DNA from: Candidatus Woesebacteria bacterium
Lineage (GTDB): Bacteria; Patescibacteriota; Microgenomatia; UBA8517
Length of the DNA: 64,000 bases
NCBI GenBank assembly: GCA_016926185.1
Contig: JAFGPD010000010.1
Coordinates: 1,444-65,443 of the forward strand
Direction: 5' to 3'
The notes below the pieces were generated by a model. That model was not told where the DNA came from. It searched no databases and worked only from the letters and a program-made list of their open reading frames with translations. Shown piece by piece: positions 8,261 through 16,551 of this stretch. Within the stretch, counting starts at the first letter, position 1. Every line of letters starts with the position of its first letter. A program made the translations under genes and the position numbers.

Positions 8261-8356
8261 TAAAAAGACTTACACATCCAGATTATTGAAATAAATTGTC
8301 TTCGAGTTCCTGACTTTTTAATTTGACCACTGTATCTAAAGTGTGACAAGATATAG

Positions 8357-10705
8357 ATGTACTTAATGACAGATCTGAAGAATTTTTTCTCTAAATTCAA
8401 AACGAATAAAAAGCTGAAATATATTCTTATTTTCTATTGCGTAATTATTGTTTCCTTCCTCTTTTACAAAGCACTGAACGCCGATTTTAACTTTAATTTA
8501 GGAAAGATCGATGACTGGCAATTCACTCCTGATGTGACTTCTTCACTTTATGATCTTGATATAGGTAAATTTATGCGCAATTTGTCGGTTGTACAGTTTT
8601 TTGTGCTTATTGTTCTTCATTTTCTATATGCTCTTATACCGATAAACATTTTTTATCTGAATTATCGTTTTTTTGGATTTATTGTACGCAGGTTCAGAAA
8701 AGAGCTTAAATTCGGCAGCCGAAAGAATGTTGGCAGATCTATTCTTCTGCTTATTTTGGGAATTTTATCTGCCGGTGCCACAGTTTACTTATCTATACAA
8801 AGCAATTGGATCCTGCCTCCTGTTTTGGGTGCGGCAGTAATAGTATTAGCGTTAACACTTATTTATATAATCGTTTCCTCAATTTTATTGATTGTTAGAA
8901 CACTGAACATAATTTACAGAAAGCTGGCTAATAAATCCCTTTTTGGCATGAAGAGGAAATGGCTGTGGAACTTTAGTAGTGTAGTATCTGTATTGCTAAT
9001 ATTGGTGTGGGTGGGATTAAATATATGGGAAATATTTTTCGGGATTGATCTTTTCAGTGCTACAAATATCACTCCGGTTGGTGGTGGTCTAACGTCGATG
9101 AGCGCACCCTCATTCGGTTCATCTACAGGTACTTTCAATCTATCGCCTGATAGTGCACTCATGCCGTCAGGGGGAGGAGGATTTAGCGGTAGAACCTCTG
9201 ACAATATAGGCTTTTCTACAGGAGGAGCGAAGGATATAAATAACTTCAGGGAAAATATTAAAAATAAATACTTACCGCTTTTTACCGACGTGACTTATGA
9301 GGGACTTTTCTATGATTATTATTTTGATACTGGTCAGCAAGAGGAATGTGCTGAGCTTTTTTGTCCGTCGTATAGTTATGCACAATCTGCCGATCCGCTG
9401 TCAGGAGAGCCGCAATATTTCCTTTCGGTCGGCCTAAATTCCGGCATTAAACAATCTGATTTCCAAAGAAAGAAGCTCAATCTTGTTATTGTGATGGATA
9501 TTTCCGGCTCTATGAGCTCGAGTTTTAATAGATATTACTACGATCGTAAAACTAACGAATATGATGCTGAAGAGGAAAGTAAAAGCAAGATGCAGGTTGC
9601 GAATGAATCGGTTGTTGCGTTGCTTGATCATTTAAATCCTCAGGACAGGTACGGAATGGTATTGTTTGACGGCAGTGCTTATCTGGCTAAACCACTGAGG
9701 CTTTTAGATACAACAGACCTGGAAAGTATAAAGGGTCACATTCTTGAGATATCTCCGCAGGGTTCTACGAACATGGAGGCGGGATATAAACTCGGTACTG
9801 AGGTTATTGAAGAATACTTGGATATAGACCCCGAGGAATATGAGAATAGGATAATCTTTTTGACCGATGCACAGCCCAACACCGGTGTTTTAAGCGAGGA
9901 AGGATTGGTAGGACTATCTCTAAATAATGCAGATAGGGGAATCTATACTACATTTATCGGGATCGGAGTGGATTTTAATACCGAGCTTATTGAAGCAATG
10001 ACAAAGATAAAGGGTGCCAATTACTATTCTATTCACTCTGCTTCTGACTTTAAGTACAGAATGGATGAAGGTTTTGACTATATGGTCACACCTTTGGTTT
10101 TTGATCTTGTTTTAAAGCTTGATAGTCCTGGGTTTACTATTGATAAGGTATATGGATCTCCGGAGGCGAATCTGGCAACTGGGGAGATAATGAGAGTTAA
10201 TACCTTATTCCCATCTGATAGCACATCGGAAGGTGTTAAGGGAGGAATTGTTCTTCTGAAATTATCTAAAAATACTGATTCGGCTGAGGAAGTGAGTTTG
10301 GAGGTTTCATACGAGGATCGATTGGGTCAGCTGCACAATAATGAAAAGAAAGCAAATATAACAGTTATGGACAGCGATTATTATCCCAATACTGGTGTAC
10401 GAAAAGCAATATTGCTGACACGCTATGCAAATCTTTTGAAAAATTGGATACAAGATCAAAGATCAATATCTCAGCAAAACACTACTTATACAGAACCCTG
10501 TGTAAGTTCTGAGAGTGGTATTATTATTCCGGTTGAGAGAGAATTAAGTCGGTGGGAGAGAACTTCAGTTCCTTTAAAGGTAATGCCCGAATACAGGGAC
10601 TTCTTTTTTACATTTAATAATTACTTCGTTCAGGAAATGCAATATTTGCAGGATCAGGATCTTGAACGGGAGGTGCAGGTTTTTGATCTTTTAATTAACA
10701 ATTAA
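8357..10705 (+). CDS. Multi-TM membrane protein with Gly/Ser-rich linker and von Willebrand factor A (vWA) domain
   Basis: Several N-terminal hydrophobic helices; Gly-rich segment containing GTFNLSP; vWA MIDAS-like LNLVIVMDISGSMSS and later FLTDAQPNTG. Confidence 0.6.
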   Translation: MYLMTDLKNFFSKFKTNKKLKYILIFYCVIIVSFLFYKALNADFNFNLGKIDDWQFTPDVTSSLYDLDIGKFMRNLSVVQFFVLIVLHFLYALIPINIFYLNYRFFGFIVRRFRKELKFGSRKNVGRSILLLILGILSAGATVYLSIQSNWILPPVLGAAVIVLALTLIYIIVSSILLIVRTLNIIYRKLANKSLFGMKRKWLWNFSSVVSVLLILVWVGLNIWEIFFGIDLFSATNITPVGGGLTSMSAPSFGSSTGTFNLSPDSALMPSGGGGFSGRTSDNIGFSTGGAKDINNFRENIKNKYLPLFTDVTYEGLFYDYYFDTGQQEECAELFCPSYSYAQSADPLSGEPQYFLSVGLNSGIKQSDFQRKKLNLVIVMDISGSMSSSFNRYYYDRKTNEYDAEEESKSKMQVANESVVALLDHLNPQDRYGMVLFDGSAYLAKPLRLLDTTDLESIKGHILEISPQGSTNMEAGYKLGTEVIEEYLDIDPEEYENRIIFLTDAQPNTGVLSEEGLVGLSLNNADRGIYTTFIGIGVDFNTELIEAMTKIKGANYYSIHSASDFKYRMDEGFDYMVTPLVFDLVLKLDSPGFTIDKVYGSPEANLATGEIMRVNTLFPSDSTSEGVKGGIVLLKLSKNTDSAEEVSLEVSYEDRLGQLHNNEKKANITVMDSDYYPNTGVRKAILLTRYANLLKNWIQDQRSISQQNTTYTEPCVSSESGIIIPVERELSRWERTSVPLKVMPEYRDFFFTFNNYFVQEMQYLQDQDLEREVQVFDLLINN

Positions 10706-10737
10706 AGTGTGACATTGTACTTTTTTGTTCTTCTAGT

Positions 10738-10766
10738 TTGACCCTATAATATATTTGAGTTAAAAT
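10738..10766 (+). promoter_or_regulatory. TTGACC-N17-TAAAAT promoter 7 nt upstream of the ATG at 10774
   Basis: Near-identical to the 1018-1046 box. Confidence 0.45.
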
Positions 10767-10773
10767 ACTTGTA

Positions 10774-11043
10774 ATGGAATGTATAAAATGGCTGAGAGAA
10801 AGATTTTTCAAAGGAATTCGCGAAGTGAATGAGGACTCTGGAGAGAAGGCTTTTGGAAGATTACCTGAGAATATTCAAGCTGATTTGACATCTGCAAACG
10901 TAGAGGACCGTATTAAAGCTGCCAACTGGCTGGCAGAACAGGAACTAACTGGAAAGATCAGTCGTGGCACTGGTTCAGCACAGAGTTTTGCTGCAGACGT
11001 AATAGCACAGAGAGAATTATCTTCAAAAAATACAAAAAGTTGA
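10774..11043 (+). CDS. Hypothetical small protein
   Basis: 89-aa ORF behind the conserved promoter. Confidence 0.4.
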   Translation: MECIKWLRERFFKGIREVNEDSGEKAFGRLPENIQADLTSANVEDRIKAANWLAEQELTGKISRGTGSAQSFAADVIAQRELSSKNTKS

Positions 11044-11295
11044 TAGTTTTACAGATTAATTTCAAGGCCCTGTTTAAAGTTTTTAGACCTTAAGGTTTGG
11101 TAATTACTTTATTTTGTGGTATAATTTCCATGTGACAAGCAGATCGAAGGAATATATCTGCTTAAATAGATTTAACGTTTTGAGTAAATAAGATAAGGAT
11201 ACCCCAAATAGATTTAATTAATTAAAGTATCTTCATCAGCAAATTCATTATAAGTTTCTTCATTTAGGCAGTTATGTTTTTTTGATCTTAAGATC

Positions 11296-12480
11296 ATGTA
11301 TAAAAGACATTATCACAGTAGAAACAACAGAGGAGCAAACAACAAAAGAATTAATAATGCTAGTCAGGTAGTTAGTGCTATACGTGCTATTAAATCTCTT
11401 CCAAAGGAAAGTATAAGTGATGACTCCGATAAATTCATTCCATTGAATGAATTTAAAGACTTTGCAATATCGGACAGATTGAAGTTAAACATACAAAACA
11501 AAAGATATGAACTTCCTACTCCGATCCAGGACAAGGCTATTCCCTCTATTCTTGATGGGCGAGATATTATTGGAATTGCCAATACCGGAACCGGAAAAAC
11601 CGCAGCTTTTCTCATTCCTCTAATTGAAAAGGTTTCAAGAGATCCCAGTCAAAAAGTAATTATTATTTTACCGACAAGAGAGCTCGCGGATCAGACCAGC
11701 GACGAGTTGTATGGATTTACATACGGAACACCGGTAAGCTGGACAGTGTGTGTAGGAGGGAAAAATATGGTAAAGCAAATTAACGACCTGGAAAAAGGAC
11801 CAAATTTTGTAATAGGAACACCGGGAAGACTTCTTGATCTGTCCAAGAAAGGCTTTTTGAATTTAAGAGAATTTGGAAATGTTGTACTCGACGAGGCTGA
11901 CAGAATGGTTGATATGGGCTTTATTCGAGATATTAGATATTTTATTGCCAATCTACCGAAAGACCGTCAGTCTTTGTTTTTCTCTGCAACCATTCCACCA
12001 AAAGTGGGAGAGATCTTGAAAAATTTTGTATCAGATCCGGTGACGATATCTGTTAAAAAAAGTGATGCAATTTCCAATATAGATCACGAGCTGATAAATG
12101 TTAACAATAAAGCAGCCAAGTTCAAAAAACTCAGCGATCTATTAAGAAGAGATGAACTGGAAAAAGTACTGATTTTTGGGCGTACAAAATGGGGTGTGCA
12201 AAAGCTTTCCAATGAACTTTATAAGAAAGGTTTCAATACGGGTGCGATACATGGGAACAAAAACCAATCGCAACGACAAAGAGTACTTGATGATTTTAAG
12301 GCTGGAAGGATCAGGATCATGATCGCAACAGATGTTTTGTCAAGAGGAATAGATGTTGATGACATTAGTCATGTAATTAACTATGACCTCCCGGGTTCGT
12401 ATGAGGATTATATTCACAGGATCGGGCGTACTGGACGGGCGAAAAAAAACGGAGTAGCGCTGACTTTTGTAGAAAATTGA
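11296..12480 (+). CDS. DEAD-box ATP-dependent RNA helicase
   Basis: Q-motif ELPTPIQ, Walker A NTGTGKTAAF, DEAD (VLDEADRM), SAT, HRIGRTGRA. Confidence 0.85.
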   Translation: MYKRHYHSRNNRGANNKRINNASQVVSAIRAIKSLPKESISDDSDKFIPLNEFKDFAISDRLKLNIQNKRYELPTPIQDKAIPSILDGRDIIGIANTGTGKTAAFLIPLIEKVSRDPSQKVIIILPTRELADQTSDELYGFTYGTPVSWTVCVGGKNMVKQINDLEKGPNFVIGTPGRLLDLSKKGFLNLREFGNVVLDEADRMVDMGFIRDIRYFIANLPKDRQSLFFSATIPPKVGEILKNFVSDPVTISVKKSDAISNIDHELINVNNKAAKFKKLSDLLRRDELEKVLIFGRTKWGVQKLSNELYKKGFNTGAIHGNKNQSQRQRVLDDFKAGRIRIMIATDVLSRGIDVDDISHVINYDLPGSYEDYIHRIGRTGRAKKNGVALTFVEN

Positions 12481-12608
12481 ATATTATTGCTTGTTCTTGC
12501 ATGGCGATTTGCTATTATAATGATTTACGCGTATACTTCAGTTTGGTTAATGAAGTATTACGAAAAGCCGAATTCTTCGGGTAAATATAACATATATAAT
12601 TTATAAAA

Positions 12609-13076
12609 ATGAACAATTACAGATCTGACAGAGATAGAGGAAGAAACTTCAGAAGAAACTCCGATGATAGAGGAGGAAGACGTGAAATGTTTGATGCCGT
12701 TTGTGCTAACTGTGGAAACGATTGCAAAATTCCTTTCCAGCCACGAAATGATAAACCTGTATACTGCAGTGATTGTTTTGAAAAAATGGGTGGCGGTGAT
12801 GATAGGAATTCAGGGAGGAGATCCCGACGCGATGACTCACGAAGGACAAGCACGAGCGGATTTAGATCTGGCGGTTTTGATAAGAATGAATTCGAGAAAC
12901 TCAATAAAGGTATAGAAGCGATGAATAAAAAGCTTGACAAGATAATAATATTGCTTTCTCCTGCCGACGTTAAAGAAAAGTCAGAACCGGAAGCTAAAAA
13001 GAAAAAAGAAGCACCAAAAGAAAAAGCTCTAAAAACCAAAAAACCTGCAAAGAAAGAAAAAAAGGAAAGTAAATAA
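12609..13076 (+). CDS. RG-rich / zinc-ribbon / Lys-rich small protein, possibly a detached C-terminal module of the helicase
   Basis: N-terminal RSDRDRGRNFRR...RGGRRE, CxxC-x17-CxxC (CANCGNDCKIPFQPRNDKPVYCSDC), C-terminal KKKKEAPKEKALKTKKPAKKEKKE. Confidence 0.5.
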   Translation: MNNYRSDRDRGRNFRRNSDDRGGRREMFDAVCANCGNDCKIPFQPRNDKPVYCSDCFEKMGGGDDRNSGRRSRRDDSRRTSTSGFRSGGFDKNEFEKLNKGIEAMNKKLDKIIILLSPADVKEKSEPEAKKKKEAPKEKALKTKKPAKKEKKESK

Positions 13077-13452
13077 ATTTTCTTATCTTCATATTTAAAC
13101 TAATTTTTTTTGACCAAAGCTAAAAAGTTGACCGAAAGTTACTTATAAAACTACACGTCCAATAAGAATAATTTAGTCAATTAAATTAGCATTATTTATG
13201 GTAATATTGAATTATCATTAACGAACAAACTACCGAGAAACTAATTGAACAATTTGAAAAAAAGGGAGGTCGGATCAATAGATACTACCTTTCAAGACCT
13301 ATATTGAAAGGCCCGGCTCTTGTATATCTTAAAGGTTGGTACCGCGGCAGCAATCTTCGCGATGCAGTTATCAGAGCCCTGAAAAAAGATTAACTTCCAT
13401 TATATAAAATATTAATTATCTGATCCTGCTCTTTCTAAAGACAATTTGTAGT

Positions 13453-13481
13453 TTGACCGAAGGATAGGGCAAAGGTAAAAT
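13453..13481 (+). promoter_or_regulatory. TTGACC-N17-TAAAAT promoter upstream of a 28-codon uORF and the Cas4-like gene
   Basis: AGTTTGACCGAAGGATAGGGCAAAGGTAAAAT. Confidence 0.4.
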
Positions 13482-13567
13482 AACATGCAGATGTCAAAGC
13501 ATTACCCCCCTTCGTCTTTAGTCATACTAAAGACTACGGAAGGGCAGGCAATCCAAAACATACAATT

Positions 13568-14317
13568 ATGAGCAAATACTATAATCCTAAAAGAGGAAGT
13601 GATTGGAATTACGGAGGCAGGAACTGGAAACTGAGCCGATCAAAGCTTGAACTTTTTCTTGAATGTCCAAAGTGTTTTTATCTTGATAATAAGTTGGGGA
13701 CCAAAAGACCTCCCGGGTATCCCTTTAACTTAAATACAGCTGTTGATACTCTTTTGAAAAAGGAATTCGATATCTTGCGTGCAAAAGGAGAAAAACATCC
13801 TTTGCAGAAAGAATATGGAGTGGATGCAGTTCCTGTTCCACATGAGGATTTGGATGAGTGGCGGGATAATTTTAAAGGTGTCGCAATCACTCACGAAAAA
13901 ACTGGGATGATCGTCACTGGAGCGATCGATGATCTTTGGATCGATTCCAATGACAACTATATCGTTGTAGATTATAAATCGACTTCGACAGACGAACAAA
14001 TTACGGAGCTTACAAAGGACCATCATGAAAGCTATAAAAGGCAGATGGAGATATATCAGTGGCTGCTTCGGCAAAAGGGATATAAAGTCTCTGACAAAGG
14101 ATATTTTGTTTACTGTAATGGGCGCACTGATGTTGAGGCATTTGATGGGAAGATCGAGTTTGATGTTACGTTGATCGAGTATGTTGGAGATGACAGTTGG
14201 GTTGAGAATACCATTATTGCAGCCCATAAATGTTTGGAGTCGGATGATATCCCTAAGTCCGATGAAGACTGTGATTATTGTGCCTATCGTAAAACTGTCG
14301 AGAAATTAGAAAAATAA
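13568..14317 (+). CDS. Cas4/RecB-like PD-(D/E)xK nuclease with a Cys4 cluster (solitary; no cas genes nearby)
   Basis: ECPKCFYL at the N-terminus, IDDLWID...IVVDYKST nuclease core, C-terminal C...CDYCAY, as in Cas4/AddB-type Fe-S nucleases. Confidence 0.6.
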   Translation: MSKYYNPKRGSDWNYGGRNWKLSRSKLELFLECPKCFYLDNKLGTKRPPGYPFNLNTAVDTLLKKEFDILRAKGEKHPLQKEYGVDAVPVPHEDLDEWRDNFKGVAITHEKTGMIVTGAIDDLWIDSNDNYIVVDYKSTSTDEQITELTKDHHESYKRQMEIYQWLLRQKGYKVSDKGYFVYCNGRTDVEAFDGKIEFDVTLIEYVGDDSWVENTIIAAHKCLESDDIPKSDEDCDYCAYRKTVEKLEK

Positions 14318-14372
14318 GATAAATATACACTTCGTTAACAATAAAAGAATAAAATTGAGTTAAAATGATTTA

Positions 14373-15353
14373 ATGACAGAGGAAATAGGTAATGGTGACT
14401 TTGAGGATAAAAAGATTACACGAAGGCAATTTCTAAAGTTGGTTGGTGCTTCTACAGGTGCTGCAATCATGTCAAATTCACTTCTTGGTGAAGTTATAGC
14501 CAGCAAAGAAACCGAACTGAAGAAGATAGAAGATGCCTATTCTGAATATAGCATCTCTTGGAAGGCAAGGCCATGGGTGTGGGCAAATTTAGCTATAGCA
14601 CGTGAGCATATCGATGGAATCCAAATTAAACCAGGTGAAGAGATCTCTTTGAATGATCTTTTAGATTTTGACGAGATGGAAGCGGCATCTCGGGTTAATA
14701 CAGATCCAAGTGAAGGTTACGTTGCTGCACAGATGTCTACAAAAATTGATGGTTGGGGATATGGACTTTGTCTTGCAGCCACTGCTCTATATCGGGCTGC
14801 TTTGGAATCTCCTTTGGAAATTACAGAAAGAGGGACGCATTATGATATTTATCCTAGTTATTTTAAAGATAGGCCAATAGGTACTGATGCGGCTGTCTAC
14901 AAACCGGAGGTTGATGATGATTTACCTGAAACTGATCTGAAATTAAGAAATCCGACTGATAAATTAATAACACTGAAATTTGGTGTCTTTAGTGCTGATG
15001 GAGAAGAAATTGAGGTTCCCGATAGAGAAATATCCGAAATTTGGTATAAAGCTACATACTTGGATCATTTAGTAAAAATATTAAGACGTAGATTGGGTAA
15101 GATGACTGGGGTTAATATGCCTGAACAGTATTTTCCGGAGCATACATTCGGGAATAGGAATATATTGGTCAGGGCAGCTTTTTCGGGTGAAAGTATTGAC
15201 TATAATGTAAACATTAGTGATGTTAGGAAAATCGTATCTTCTGATCCAAACACAGCTTCTCAATACACGTTTGACCGTAAACTGGTTATTAACGAAGGAG
15301 CGGAGACAAAGAATATCAGTGAATTGCATATATCTCAGTATAGAAATACCTGA
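14373..15353 (+). CDS. VanW-like protein with a twin-arginine (Tat) signal peptide
   Basis: TRRQFLKLVGASTGAAIMS near the N-terminus; DGWGYGLCLAATALYRAAL resembles the VanW GGGVCQ..TLY motif. Confidence 0.5.
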   Translation: MTEEIGNGDFEDKKITRRQFLKLVGASTGAAIMSNSLLGEVIASKETELKKIEDAYSEYSISWKARPWVWANLAIAREHIDGIQIKPGEEISLNDLLDFDEMEAASRVNTDPSEGYVAAQMSTKIDGWGYGLCLAATALYRAALESPLEITERGTHYDIYPSYFKDRPIGTDAAVYKPEVDDDLPETDLKLRNPTDKLITLKFGVFSADGEEIEVPDREISEIWYKATYLDHLVKILRRRLGKMTGVNMPEQYFPEHTFGNRNILVRAAFSGESIDYNVNISDVRKIVSSDPNTASQYTFDRKLVINEGAETKNISELHISQYRNT

Positions 15354-15514
15354 TACATTCTATAAATAAAAATAACTCCGTTTTGTAAGATGGCTTAACT
15401 GTAAAAGCAAGAGTGTTGAAAATATCTAACCTGATGATAAAAAACTTGTACTTCTTGATAGAATTCATTAAAAGATATATAGAATCATTACTGAAATTAA
15501 GGAGGTGAGAATTT

Positions 15515-15793
15515 ATGGCAGTGAAAAAAAGTGAGAATAAACCAAATCTCCAGCAGGTAAGTATAAACCTGGACACAACACCGGTTTTGTATACGGATAA
15601 TATCAATCTTAATGTTAACCCGGACGGTGTTGTTTTGGATGTTATGCAACGCTTAGGTCCGACCAACCAGACTCGCATTGTATCAAGAGTTGGTATGAGC
15701 CGTGATCATGCTAAAAAGTTTGTCGAAAAATTAGGAAAACTTCTCCTAAAGTCGGAAGGAAAGCTGGCAACCGGAAAGAGCATATTGAATTAG
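15515..15793 (+). CDS. DUF3467-like small protein
   Basis: 92 aa behind a strong SD (AAGGAGGTGAGAATTT-ATG); pattern NVNPDGVVLDV...MSRDHAKKFVEKL. Confidence 0.4.
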   Translation: MAVKKSENKPNLQQVSINLDTTPVLYTDNINLNVNPDGVVLDVMQRLGPTNQTRIVSRVGMSRDHAKKFVEKLGKLLLKSEGKLATGKSILN

Positions 15794-15796
15794 ATA

Positions 15797-16348
15797 TTAT
15801 TTTGGTGAAGAAATCTCTTTAATATCAAAATTAGACAATTTATTCAAAAATGAATAAAAAGCCAATGAAGGAAGTGAAATTAGCCAGAAAATCACTAGAA
15901 TTATTCTGATCGTATTAGCCCCTTCCGGTGCTTGCGGGAAGAAAGTGCTGACCAAAGCTGCGACCAGAAGGACAGTTATAAGAATGATTCGTAACTTTAA
16001 CTTGTTGAACTTTTGTACGTTTCTAAAAAGTTTTTTTGTCAGAGGTTTTAATATAGAGCTGATAACATATAGAGGTGTAGTGATCCATAAATAAGCTTTT
16101 ATAATATCATTTTCATCAGCTTCAAAAGTATCAGGTATACCAAAAAAATTGAAAATATTTGCAAATCTACTGAAGTCGCCATCTCCTGATAGATTGACAA
16201 CAAAGACAATGATGAATGCGAAGGAGATTAAGATAGATGCTGTCAATATATTAAATGATAAATAACTGATCAAAAGCTGAAATGCCCTAAGAATTACAGG
16301 TGCGAAATGGCTTTGTGAGTAAGTTGGTACTTTTTTGATCGTCGACAT
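15797..16348 (-). CDS. Hypothetical integral membrane protein
   Basis: 183 aa with 4-5 hydrophobic helices; convergent with the upstream gene. Confidence 0.35.
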   Translation of the reverse strand: MSTIKKVPTYSQSHFAPVILRAFQLLISYLSFNILTASILISFAFIIVFVVNLSGDGDFSRFANIFNFFGIPDTFEADENDIIKAYLWITTPLYVISSILKPLTKKLFRNVQKFNKLKLRIILITVLLVAALVSTFFPQAPEGANTIRIILVIFWLISLPSLAFYSFLNKLSNFDIKEISSPK

Positions 16349-16551
16349 AGATGGTTCTAAAATAATTTTATAGGTTTTTTGTGTTTATCAAAAGTCTTAA
16401 GTGCACTGAACGTGATAATAAGTAAATTATTTTACTTTCATAAAAAATAAAAACTTTTGATAGTTAACCTTTCAGATATACATTTGGGATATAATAATTA
16501 CAACAACTCTAACGGTTTGAATGCTGTTATTGGGCTGTTACTATATAAGTC

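Noticed and set aside
12617-13039. 140-aa minus-strand ORF and 83-aa plus-strand ORF overlapping the RG/Zn-ribbon gene
   Set aside because: Low-complexity mirror ORFs of a Lys/Arg-rich coding region. The plus-frame gene has coherent motifs.
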